A DNA stretch of 28,170 nt from a virus (Duplodnaviria; Caudoviricetes). Below, piece after piece: positions 18,701-26,212 of the stretch. A program made the translations under genes and the position numbers. Numbering within the stretch: the stretch's first letter is position 1; the number at the start of each line of letters is the position of its first letter. The DNA is taken from positions 1 to 28,170 of the IMG/VR virus record IMGVR_UViG_3300044676_000972; one strand, written 5' to 3'. The notes below the pieces were generated by a model. The model had not been told where the DNA came from, searched no databases, and worked only from the letters and a program-made list of their open reading frames with translations.

Positions 18701-18816
18701 ACACTGGTGAAGCTGTGGGGTCTGATTATGGCCTTGGCGATGATAAGGTTGAGTTCCCCGGACTAGCATCAGAAATGCTTTACGAGAAAAACAAGCTGAT
18801 AATGTACGGCAGATAA
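15712..18816 (+). CDS. Large internal virion/ejection protein (gp16-like)
   Basis: 1034 aa; ITG.GP........L...GWQP...YIS..RLEP motif typical of podoviral DNA-delivery proteins; Pro-rich N-terminal linker; start GTG 15712 or ATG 15715. Confidence 0.7.
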   Translation: MMAIRPPDLNALIEGADDNRPSTADGIQEAGLFSVFGKSTARQAIDPLTKRGARTSPDYRVVEPDNTVPPTVADEPPAAPVSDVPSDVIDTPPEPAAVPTPPKPISEKALADLEAERAAQIGTARQAPSPTKAQKLAGVERGPARTTFYDEDELAATVQAVAKTMTVDTGRQSIQSIRDKAFASGVPEKQLKRMFDGLNLEGEIGNNKLAIQLASLQALHDESAQRVDALMAKAASNELDSAGKLDLRQALAQHEIIFTALSGAKSDVARSMNVFKNVRDKTIGASQVKAALDSFGGDDQLRALAEKYVTTETRAGKNKIIKTSLAKKTYESWIYMAQSMALTAFDTHLYNMAGGMASILMDVPERAAAIPFGIARQAIQKAVGLQPNPERYYADEVMARASGFRNGLIDGIHMAAKKVRDYDPSAKDASKNPISSAYWANTQIGTFRGKVISTGGMDGAVGKMVDAVGNVYASPFVALGAGDEIFGGIAARMELHEQAYNHAKKIIDDALASGSSEKEAIEKAEQAAIEFLTERPADVEASVQAWRKQATLQDDIDRTNKAGKVFHLANKMISSPILKPLVLFSKTVTNIGIEAGARSPLFFASPRFHTEWNKGGKYRDLALGRAAFGSGIMIAGVTAAQHDKITGQGPPDTEERRNLRSAGWQPFAYKAGEGEISSEVVTSLQRILGDDAVTVGTGQFTGYTYISLKRLEPISAPFLMGAAFSDALKFRQYDPDDTIMSEMASASVAAVAEYSQNLSSLQAINELASIFNQRQTDGGERFLSIVDALAKRYGSTVISGTPGLGLANSTIVARIESMIDPTVRSSRVTEDQTTTVGARGFTEAWNKFMTRIPGISEDALPIIDEYGNTPGLDKTLWYTPLTATVAERNELTEMLAAINHGYSKASNSYNGVYLPAEAYYRRNDLAANKIMVDGLRLAEANLIDVQSYLDDAKAQGITPRIGIMQSIVDSNVSEYRNIAHERMFGKMIKNPDGTFTHTGEAVGSDYGLGDDKVEFPGLASEMLYEKNKLIMYGR

Positions 18817-18856
18817 TAAATAGGTTATAATTGCACCAACGAAATGAGGCAACGCA

Positions 18857-20512
18857 ATGGCTGACTATAACATCAACGCAATTACACGCCGTGTCGTGTT
18901 CACCGGATCAGCCGGGCTGGGGCCGTATGCGTTTTCGTTTGAGGTACTCGATCAGGATGATGTGGCGGTTTACTTTAACGCAACCAACCTGACAGTAACC
19001 ACAGATTACACTGTGACGGTCAACGCCAACGGCACTGGCAGCGTGACCATTGTAACAGGTGGCAGCGTACCATCAACGCCAACTGCGTCAGATCAGATCA
19101 TTATCGTTGGTGCGCGTGACATTGAGCGCGTCACAGACTTTGTGACAGCCGGTGACTTGCTGGCATCGAGCCTCAATGAACAGCTTGATGCGCTGACCAT
19201 CTTTGACCAGCAGCTTGCTGAAGAGGGCCAACGCTCAATGCGTGCGCCAGTCTATGACCCAGCTTTGGTTCAAGATGGTGGCATTGTTGACATGACATTG
19301 CCAGCCAAGGCTGCGCGAGCATCTAAGTTTTTGGCGTTTGACGCTGATGGAAACCCGACAGCCACGACAAACGTGGGTGAGTACAAAGGCAATTGGGCTG
19401 CGTCCACATCATATGTTGTTGGAGACTTGGTTACAGACACAACAGACAACAGCATTTATCGCGTAAATACAGCGCACACATCAAGCGGCGTTCAGCCATT
19501 AAGCACAAACGCCAATAGCAGTTACTATGATTTGTTTGTTGATCTGTCTGCTGTTACTGCGGCGCAAGTTGCGGCGGCTGCTTCAGCGGCATCAGCGGCA
19601 GCGGATGTTGTTTTAACAAACGCCGATGTTGTGTCGACAAATGCCGATGTTGTGACGACTAATGCAAATGTTGTTTTGACTAATGCTGATGTTGTGACAA
19701 CTGCTAACAACGTAACTGCGGCACAGGCAGCAGAGGCTGCTGCTCTTGCGGCTCTGGATAGTTTTGACGATAGGTATCTAGGGGTTTTTGCGTCAGACCC
19801 AACTCTCGATAATGACGGAAACCCTCTTGTTGCTGGCAGCTTGTATTTCAACAGCGTAGCCGGGGCAATGAAAGTTTACACAGGCTCGGCTTGGGTTGCT
19901 GCGTATGTCTCTGGCACAGGGTTTCTTGCTATAACCGGCGGCACAATGACCGGCAACATTGTTCTTAGCACAGCCGACATAACTGGCACCGGCAATGTGA
20001 ATATTACCGGCTCGGTCACAGCCACATCGTTTGTTGGCGATGGTTCTTCTTTAACTAACTTGCCTGCGGCTGGCATCGCTGATGTTGTTGACGACACAAC
20101 ACCGCAGCTTGGTGGTAGCCTAGATGTAAATGGAAACAGCATTGTCAGTGTGTCTAATGGTGATATCAATATAACACCTAATGGCACAGGCAATGTTTCG
20201 CTGGGTAATTTTACCTTTGATGTTGATCAGACAGTGGGGGTTGGGCAAGACAATTACTTAATGACCTATGACCACAGTACCACGTCAATCAGTTTAGAGG
20301 CTGCGCCTGCCGGTGGTGCTGGTTATTTCTTGGGTGAGAACGGCGCGACAGGTGATACAACCAATGGCAAGGGTGATATCTTTAGAGTGCATGAAGCCCA
20401 ACTGGATACTAACGTAACAATAGCAGCAACAAACAACGCCCTGTGCGCTGGCCCTCTAACATTAGCAACAGGAGTTACCGTGACAGTAAACGGTAATCTG
20501 GTGATAGCATGA
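18857..20512 (+). CDS. Tail fibre protein
   Basis: T7 gp17-like N-terminal anchor (F.F.V....D..VY...DYTV...G..L....LN...D.L), coiled-coil repeats, FDDRYLG, DTTPQLGG.LDVNG, C-terminal AGP.TL..GVTVTV. Confidence 0.88.
   Translation: MADYNINAITRRVVFTGSAGLGPYAFSFEVLDQDDVAVYFNATNLTVTTDYTVTVNANGTGSVTIVTGGSVPSTPTASDQIIIVGARDIERVTDFVTAGDLLASSLNEQLDALTIFDQQLAEEGQRSMRAPVYDPALVQDGGIVDMTLPAKAARASKFLAFDADGNPTATTNVGEYKGNWAASTSYVVGDLVTDTTDNSIYRVNTAHTSSGVQPLSTNANSSYYDLFVDLSAVTAAQVAAAASAASAAADVVLTNADVVSTNADVVTTNANVVLTNADVVTTANNVTAAQAAEAAALAALDSFDDRYLGVFASDPTLDNDGNPLVAGSLYFNSVAGAMKVYTGSAWVAAYVSGTGFLAITGGTMTGNIVLSTADITGTGNVNITGSVTATSFVGDGSSLTNLPAAGIADVVDDTTPQLGGSLDVNGNSIVSVSNGDINITPNGTGNVSLGNFTFDVDQTVGVGQDNYLMTYDHSTTSISLEAAPAGGAGYFLGENGATGDTTNGKGDIFRVHEAQLDTNVTIAATNNALCAGPLTLATGVTVTVNGNLVIA
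19604..19708 (+). repeat. Five imperfect 21-bp tandem repeats encoding DVVxTNA heptads
   Basis: gatgttgttttaacaaacgcc / gatgttgtgtcgacaaatgcc / gatgttgtgacgactaatgca / aatgttgttttgactaatgct / gatgttgtgacaactgctaac. Confidence 0.9.
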
Positions 20513-20892
20513 GTGAGTTAAGAGCAGACACAATCACGGCCAGCGATGGCACAAGTCCTGTCACACTGACTAAGCAAAGTGCGGCGAAGGCGTGGGTAAC
20601 TTTTTATCAACCTAGCGGAACACTGACTATTCTTGGGTCGTTTAATATTAGTTCATCGACTGATGATGGCGTTGGGGTAGCAGACTTCTCAGTAACAAAT
20701 ACATTAAGTGATGCCTATTATGCAGGGACACTTGGCACATCTCTTTATGTTGCTTGGGCTGATGTAGTAACAATTATGACTTACAGAACTGCATCTGCAT
20801 TTACTATTCAGCACAGAGAAAACCAAGTTCAATATGACGCTACTAATGCTGCTGGACCGATTTGCGGTATGCTTACGGGAGACTTAGCATGA
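20509..20892 (+). CDS. Tail-fibre-associated module, paralog 1
   Basis: AKAWV.F, SFNISSSTDDGVG, C-terminal GDLA. Confidence 0.75.
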   Translation: MSELRADTITASDGTSPVTLTKQSAAKAWVTFYQPSGTLTILGSFNISSSTDDGVGVADFSVTNTLSDAYYAGTLGTSLYVAWADVVTIMTYRTASAFTIQHRENQVQYDATNAAGPICGMLTGDLA

Positions 20893-21320
20893 GTGAGATA
20901 AAAGTAGATACCCTCACCGGCAAGACATCCGCTGGTGACATCACAGTGACCTCTGAAGGCGGTGCGGCGACTATGCAGTTGCAGCAGGGTCTAATTAAAG
21001 TTTGGGCAGATTACTCTGGTGGAGGTACGCCTGTTGCAGAGGATAGTCTAAATTGCAGTTCAATTACAGATGTGTCTACCGGAAGAAAAAACCAAGCATT
21101 TACAAACAATATGAGTAGCGCAAACTTTTTTGTTATAGATGGAATGATTGCTGATGGAAACTCCGGTAGTGCTAGAGGCGGTGCAAGTCATCACTTTTAC
21201 ACACAAGCATCCAGTTCAATAGAATATGCTGCAATGTACGGTAGCACCTCTGCATCTGATGGCAATTTTACAGATAGTCACTTGATTGATGGATGTGGCG
21301 TAGCAGGAGACTTAGCATAA
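20889..21320 (+). CDS. Tail-fibre-associated module, paralog 2
   Basis: ATG 20889 (ATGA overlap, GGAG RBS); IKVW, SLNCSSITDVSTG, GDLA. Confidence 0.75.
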   Translation: MSEIKVDTLTGKTSAGDITVTSEGGAATMQLQQGLIKVWADYSGGGTPVAEDSLNCSSITDVSTGRKNQAFTNNMSSANFFVIDGMIADGNSGSARGGASHHFYTQASSSIEYAAMYGSTSASDGNFTDSHLIDGCGVAGDLA

Positions 21321-21703
21321 TGGCTGGAAAAATTATAGCAGACCAAATCGAACACAGCACCGCTGGGTCACTTGATACAAGTTACGTTGTGAATGGTAGT
21401 GCGAAGGCGTGGGTTACATTTAACACAACACAGGTTGTACAAGATAGTTTAAATACATCTTCCATTACCGATAACAGTGCTGGGGACCAAACAGGAAATT
21501 GGTCTAATAACTTTACCGGAAACACTTATGCGGCATTGTATGACGCAAATGGAACAGCAAACAATAATGCGCTAGGTGGCAATGGCCCATCTCCGGTGGT
21601 TGTAAATCGCACATCAAGTTCAAGCAGAGTACAAATGTATAATGATGGCAGTTATGAAGACAGTTTGTGGAATAGTCTTATTGCTATAGGAGACCTAGCA
21701 TAA
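21320..21703 (+). CDS. Tail-fibre-associated module, paralog 3
   Basis: ATG 21320 (TAATG); AKAWVTF, SLNTSSITDNSAG, GDLA. Confidence 0.75.
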   Translation: MAGKIIADQIEHSTAGSLDTSYVVNGSAKAWVTFNTTQVVQDSLNTSSITDNSAGDQTGNWSNNFTGNTYAALYDANGTANNNALGGNGPSPVVVNRTSSSSRVQMYNDGSYEDSLWNSLIAIGDLA

Positions 21704-22170
21704 TGACACAGACACCATCATTCCAAGGCACCCACCTATTTGACCGTCTATGCTGGGCAAAGGAAAACCTAGACGGCGTGCAGTCAGACTATCGTGTTGT
21801 GTATGAGGACAGTGTTGATGAGTGCGCTAAGATACTTGTGCCTGATCCGAACTGGATGGCGTGTGCATTGCAGGGCGGTATCCTGCCACCTGTGTGGGTG
21901 TATCACGAGTTAGCAAAGGACGAAGCACAACCAGATTTCAAGAAGCATACTCGCGGCTACCTGTTGCATGAGACGCAGCCTATTGAAGCCCTAGACGAAA
22001 AGTCAGCAATTGAATATCTCATTTTGAAGGACATCCCCCAACACATTTGGCAGACTTGGGATGAGGGCAACCGCCCGAAGATGGTAATATGCCGCAAGGA
22101 ACAGTTACCGCAAACAAGAGAATGGCGCAACGCTTGGCGCATATCTGATGAACTAAACTTAGCGGCTTAG
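21703..22170 (+). CDS. Conserved phage protein, possible fibre assembly factor
   Basis: Coupled ORF; EYLI.KD.P and LP..R.WRNAW motifs. Confidence 0.6.
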   Translation: MTQTPSFQGTHLFDRLCWAKENLDGVQSDYRVVYEDSVDECAKILVPDPNWMACALQGGILPPVWVYHELAKDEAQPDFKKHTRGYLLHETQPIEALDEKSAIEYLILKDIPQHIWQTWDEGNRPKMVICRKEQLPQTREWRNAWRISDELNLAA

Positions 22171-22179
22171 GAGATTATA

Positions 22180-22554
22180 ATGGCTGTAACAACATACATC
22201 GTGGACAAGGACGGTAATCAGATTGACGCTGCAACTGCTACCGTTCCAGCAAATCGTGACTTTCGTGGTGCTTGGTCATTGACCGGCAGCGTTATTAGCG
22301 AAGACTTAACTAAGGCAAAAGAAATCTTCAAGGATAAAATCCGTGAGGTTCGCACACCATTGCTTGAGGCAGAAGATGTTGCCTATATGAAAGCACTTGA
22401 AGCAGACGATGCAACAGCGAAGGCATACAGCGTGGCTGTTAAAAACAATCTGCGTGATGCTCCAGCAGACGCAGCTATTACATCTGCAACAACTATCACT
22501 GAACTTAAAGCCGCTTGGGATACAGCCCTGCTTGGTGACAGCCCTTACGCATAA
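22180..22554 (+). CDS. Putative tail fibre assembly chaperone
   Basis: IR..R..LL...D........K..LRD.P motif of tail assembly chaperones; RDFRGAW; AGGAG RBS. Confidence 0.65.
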   Translation: MAVTTYIVDKDGNQIDAATATVPANRDFRGAWSLTGSVISEDLTKAKEIFKDKIREVRTPLLEAEDVAYMKALEADDATAKAYSVAVKNNLRDAPADAAITSATTITELKAAWDTALLGDSPYA

Positions 22555-22566
22555 GGATGCTATCTG

Positions 22567-22743
22567 ATGAACGAGGAAAACAAAGTCATTTTGGACGTTG
22601 CCGCCGGGACTGGAACTGTTGCAGCCTATATGGCAATGGTGCCTGATTTTGTGGCCTTGTTCACTGGCGCGTATGTGTTGATCAGAATTTACGAAACCAG
22701 AACGGTTCAGCGTATCGTCAAGCGACTTCAAGGCGATGTTTAA
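22567..22743 (+). CDS. 58-aa membrane protein, holin-like
   Basis: Translated by hand: MNEENKVILDVAAGTGTVAAYMAMVPDFVALFTGAYVLIRIYETRTVQRIVKRLQGDV; AAGGA upstream; hydrophobic core with basic C-terminus; not in the track. Confidence 0.7.
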   Translation: MNEENKVILDVAAGTGTVAAYMAMVPDFVALFTGAYVLIRIYETRTVQRIVKRLQGDV

Positions 22744-22939
22744 GGCAATCGTTTTGGCCTGCTCTTTGAGCGCGCCAACAAATTGCATCGAACTGCATGA
22801 TTTTCGTGGGCCGTGGCCTTCATATGAGGCGTGTGTTGAGCGAGTGCATGAGATAGCGCACGACATTGGCGAACTGCCCGGCGACTATCTAGCTAAATCT
22901 TACAAGTGCCTGCCGCTGCGCAAGGGGATGCTGTCATAA
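22736..22939 (+). CDS. Small four-cysteine protein with hydrophobic N-terminus
   Basis: MFKAIVLAC...C...C...C; overlaps both neighbours. Confidence 0.6.
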   Translation: MFKAIVLACSLSAPTNCIELHDFRGPWPSYEACVERVHEIAHDIGELPGDYLAKSYKCLPLRKGMLS

Positions 22940-23445
22940 TGGAGCCAATAAGCACAGCCCTGATGGCGGTATCTGCCGCGTCTAACGCCATAGCCTTTAT
23001 CAAAGCGCGGGTTAATGATGTGCAATCTGTGGCTGATTTGTCGGATCAGATTGGCACGTTGTTTTCGGCTCAGAAAAAACTAAACGAGGAACGCAACAAG
23101 CAGGCCGGTGTTGGTGATGTTAGCTTTAGGGGCAGCATTGACGCAGTGCTTGAGGCAAAGCGTCTCAACGAAGAGATGCAGCAAATCGCCACGATGATCA
23201 ACATGCGCTGGCCGAAGCCAGCCGACCAGCCGTCAACGTGGCAAGAGATTATCAACCATCACAACAAGGCTTTGCGCGAGCAGAAAGAGGCGAGGCTAAA
23301 GGCTCAGAGGGAAGCCGCCATTGCGCATGATGAAATGGTTGAAAACATGAAGATCGGTTTGGCTATTTTCGCGCTGGTTGTTGTTGTGGTAGGTTTGTTC
23401 ATAGCAATTATGGTGACAACAGCCGGAGCAATTGTGCTTAAATGA
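22939..23445 (+). CDS. Coiled-coil protein with C-terminal transmembrane helix
   Basis: ATG 22939 via TAATG; IGLAIFALVVVVVGLFIAIMV segment. Confidence 0.65.
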   Translation: MEPISTALMAVSAASNAIAFIKARVNDVQSVADLSDQIGTLFSAQKKLNEERNKQAGVGDVSFRGSIDAVLEAKRLNEEMQQIATMINMRWPKPADQPSTWQEIINHHNKALREQKEARLKAQREAAIAHDEMVENMKIGLAIFALVVVVVGLFIAIMVTTAGAIVLK

Positions 23446-23873
23446 GTGAGACACGCACTGGCCTGATCGGGGAGCATTATGCTGCCGGGGCTATATTGTC
23501 GATGGGCTGGGCTTATGCCCCTGCGGCACAGGATAAGATTGATGGGATTGCCATTTCAAATACTGATAACACGGTACTTAGGGTTCAAGTTAAGACTTCG
23601 AGCTTTTTATTACAGAAAGGCAAGCGAACTCCGGCTTATCATTTTCAACTTGGGTGTGGATCTTCGGCTAAAAATCTACCGCGTAACACAAAGGATTGGT
23701 CTGACTATGACATATTGGTGCTGTGTGGCAAGGAACATAGAAGCTGCTTATTCTTCCACGTCAGTCAGGTGCAGCAATACAGTAAAAGAATGCAGGGCTG
23801 TGCGTTTACTCGCGAAGCTGAAGAGGAAAGCTGGCTCAAAGCTGTCGCGCTGGCTAAAGAGATGAGACGCTAA
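23442..23873 (+). CDS. PD-(D/E)XK family endonuclease (homing-endonuclease-like)
   Basis: G..GE..A, IDGI, RVQVKT, YDIL motifs. Confidence 0.7.
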   Translation: MSETRTGLIGEHYAAGAILSMGWAYAPAAQDKIDGIAISNTDNTVLRVQVKTSSFLLQKGKRTPAYHFQLGCGSSAKNLPRNTKDWSDYDILVLCGKEHRSCLFFHVSQVQQYSKRMQGCAFTREAEEESWLKAVALAKEMRR

Positions 23874-24322
23874 TGGATATCGAAAAGCTACGCGAAGAGT
23901 TAATCGCGGATGAGGGCATGAGGCTGGACGTGTATAAATGCACAGCCGGTCATTTGACTGTGGGCGTGGGGCATCGCATCATCGAGGGTGACGCAGAACA
24001 CGGCAAGCCACTGGGCTACACAATTACAGAACGCCGCATGAAACAGCTATTCGATCTGGACATTGCAATCGTGCGCGAGGATTGTCACCGGCTTTATGAA
24101 GATTTCAGCGAACTACCAGAAGAGGCACAGCGCATCATCGCCAACATGATGTTTAATATGGGCTTGCCCACTATGAAAAAATTTAAGGGCATGAAGCGGT
24201 GTGTTGATGAGCGTCAATGGGCTGGGGCTGCATTAGAAATGCTCGACAGTAAATGGGCAAGGCAATTGCCTAATCGCTCAGAGCGACTGGTCAAACGAAT
24301 GAGGGCTTTAGCAGATGGCTAA
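23873..24322 (+). CDS. Endolysin, T4-lysozyme-like (GH24)
   Basis: DEG.RL.VYKCTAGHLTVGVGH, NM.FNMG, A..EMLDSKWARQ.P.R. Confidence 0.92.
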   Translation: MDIEKLREELIADEGMRLDVYKCTAGHLTVGVGHRIIEGDAEHGKPLGYTITERRMKQLFDLDIAIVREDCHRLYEDFSELPEEAQRIIANMMFNMGLPTMKKFKGMKRCVDERQWAGAALEMLDSKWARQLPNRSERLVKRMRALADG

Positions 24323-24512
24323 AGCAATCACCGAATACAAGATCATCCCGCGTCTGATGATGTTGGTTTTTACCGGGATGGCTTGGCAAGTTTGTGAGTG
24401 GTATATGGGTTTGGGTGCAGCGGCAACGACACAACAAACCGCGTTTGTTTCAACGATAGTCGGCGCGGCGACTGGTGCCTTTGCCGTCTGGATGAGCCAC
24501 GAGGGTAAGTAA
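24315..24512 (+). CDS. Small two-TM membrane protein, holin-like
   Basis: IIPRLMMLVF... and AFVSTIVGAATGAFAVW hydrophobic segments. Confidence 0.65.
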   Translation: MAKAITEYKIIPRLMMLVFTGMAWQVCEWYMGLGAAATTQQTAFVSTIVGAATGAFAVWMSHEGK

Positions 24513-24908
24513 ATGCTTGAAGCTTTGATTGGGCCAGTCACTGGCCTGCTAGACAAGTTCATTGAGGATAAAGATCAGAAGGCCAAGCTGGCACATGAGG
24601 TTGCCACGATGGCGCAACGTCATGCGCAAGAACTTGCCAAGGGGCAGCTTGAAATCAACAAAGCCGAGGCGCAGCACCGCAGCATCTTTGTGGCGGGCTG
24701 GCGGCCTTTCGTTGGTTGGACATGCGGCGTTGCCTTGGCTTGGCACTTTGTCCTTGCGCCCTTTGTTATCTTTGCCAGTGCCTATGCCGGTGTGGCTTTG
24801 CCTGATCTGCCTCAGTTCGACATGAGCAGCCTGCTTACTGTCTTGATGGGTATGCTTGGCCTTGGTGGCATGAGGTCATTTGAAAAGATGAAGGGCTTAA
24901 CAAAATAA
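24513..24908 (+). CDS. Holin, GTA 3TM-holin family
   Basis: Q.EINKAEA...S.FVAGWRPFVGW...LMGMLGLGG.RS.EK.KG. Confidence 0.85.
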   Translation: MLEALIGPVTGLLDKFIEDKDQKAKLAHEVATMAQRHAQELAKGQLEINKAEAQHRSIFVAGWRPFVGWTCGVALAWHFVLAPFVIFASAYAGVALPDLPQFDMSSLLTVLMGMLGLGGMRSFEKMKGLTK

Positions 24909-24928
24909 AGGGGCTTTCGCCCCTCTAT
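24902..24928. terminator. Terminator between convergent operons
   Basis: AGGGGC-TTTC-GCCCCT hairpin; T-rich tail on the - strand (TTATTTT), weak tail on +. Confidence 0.7.
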
Positions 24929-25141
24929 CTACGTTAGTGATATTGCCCGGCTCTTGCCGGGGATCTTTCGCAGCCAGCCCCGCTCGATGCAGCCTTCAAT
25001 GTGGCGGTGAATGGTTGAATATCCTTTGCCCATTAACAGCCCTAATTCGCTGTGTGAGGGCATGTAACCATTTTCCGCGTAGTATCTAGCCAAAACATCA
25101 AACACGGCTTTCTGTGACGGTGTGAGTGGTGTGACGGTCAT
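24929..25141 (-). CDS. LexA-type winged-HTH DNA-binding protein lacking the protease domain
   Basis: LT..Q..V...L......NGY.PS..EL......ST.H.H......RGWL...PGKSRAI matches the LexA N-domain; only 70 aa. Confidence 0.85.
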   Translation of the reverse strand: MTVTPLTPSQKAVFDVLARYYAENGYMPSHSELGLLMGKGYSTIHRHIEGCIERGWLRKIPGKSRAISLT

Positions 25142-26094
25142 ACGTCTATTTCCTTTAGCGTTAATGTTTTTTGACGCATGACTGTCTCAGGCTTGGCCGG
25201 TGTGATCTTCTCAGGCTGCGCCCGCATCTTGCGGGTAGGCCATTTGACTTGCACCCGGCGATTGCCAACAGACGCAAAGGCTGTGTCGTGGCTGCCCATC
25301 TTTTCCATCAGGGCTGCCGTGGCAATGTCGATCTCGCGCTCGGCCATTGCCTTGTTAGCCTTGGCTGCCATCAAGTGATCAACCCAAGCAGCGTCATCAC
25401 CCTCAAGTTCCAGCGGCGGTGCATCAGCATCGACCCGGCCATACGCCGCCACCCCATCTGCCGGTGACACGACTGGATATTTGTCCATATTTTTTCGGCG
25501 ATTTTCAAAATCAATGACCGCCTCGCGGATGCGATTTTGTATCACCTCATCAGCCTGATAAACAAACAGGCGCAGCGTTGTGCTTTGATACAGCACAGCA
25601 ACGCAGCCCCACTTGTAGCCGGTACACATCATCTGACCCTGCAATTGGTATCTGCCACGGTGTGTCGCTGGGATCTCTTCTGGCCGGGCTGATGTAAGTT
25701 TGGCCTCAAGCAGCCCGATGCCCTCAATGTCAATTGCGCCACCCTGCGGCACATAGATACCCTTATCCCAGTTGGCTATGATTGAACCCTTGCCAACGCC
25801 AGTGCCATCGAGGCTGGCAGCTAGTGGCAAATGATCGTGCTGGTATGGCACGGTGATGTTAGTCTCAACATTGGTCAAGCCCAACCGCTCGGCAGCCTTT
25901 CGCAATATCATTGGCTCAAAGAAATCGCCAAGTTCCATTGGCTCATTCTGCGGTATGCGCGTTGGTGGGTTGCCCTCATCAATGCTGATCATTTCCGCAA
26001 GCAATTCATTCTGCGTTTGCCACGGTGATGCGTTAAGCAATGTAGCGACCCGGCTGACGCTCAACTGATTATCCGGTGTTAATTTTCCGACCAT
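25138..26094 (-). CDS. YqaJ-like (lambda-exonuclease family) recombination nuclease
   Basis: S.S.VA.LL..SPW.T, G...E, ASLDG, LEAK, QLQGQM..TG. Confidence 0.85.
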   Translation of the reverse strand: MVGKLTPDNQLSVSRVATLLNASPWQTQNELLAEMISIDEGNPPTRIPQNEPMELGDFFEPMILRKAAERLGLTNVETNITVPYQHDHLPLAASLDGTGVGKGSIIANWDKGIYVPQGGAIDIEGIGLLEAKLTSARPEEIPATHRGRYQLQGQMMCTGYKWGCVAVLYQSTTLRLFVYQADEVIQNRIREAVIDFENRRKNMDKYPVVSPADGVAAYGRVDADAPPLELEGDDAAWVDHLMAAKANKAMAEREIDIATAALMEKMGSHDTAFASVGNRRVQVKWPTRKMRAQPEKITPAKPETVMRQKTLTLKEIDV

Positions 26095-26095
26095 T

Positions 26096-26212
26096 TTATT
26101 GTCCTCCGAAGCGAGCCATCAGATACCAAAAATTCCAGTCGGTGATGGCGTTAGTGAAAAACGTGATTACAAATACTGTCACAAACAGCATACCGATAGT
26201 GTCTTTAACCAT
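26096..26212 (-). CDS. 38-aa single-pass membrane peptide
   Basis: Translated by hand: MVKDTIGMLFVTVFVITFFTNAITDWNFWYLMARFGGQ; TAATG coupling to the recombinase; its end supplies GGAGG for the YqaJ gene. Confidence 0.65.
   Translation of the reverse strand: MVKDTIGMLFVTVFVITFFTNAITDWNFWYLMARFGGQ

Noticed and set aside
18803-18831. TATAAT upstream of the tail fibre gene
   Set aside because: No convincing -35 or extended -10 at the proper spacing; possible but unsupported promoter.
19604-19708. Repeat array as CRISPR
   Set aside because: Contiguous in-frame coding repeats without spacers; no cas genes.
20509-21703. Diversity-generating retroelement or invertible shufflon
   Set aside because: No reverse transcriptase, no template/variable repeat pair differing at adenines, and all modules are in direct orientation.
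23479-23865. 128-codon alternative-frame ORF inside the nuclease (and 24562-24825 inside the holin) as embedded o-spanin
   Set aside because: No signal peptide or lipobox; composition looks like an off-frame translation.
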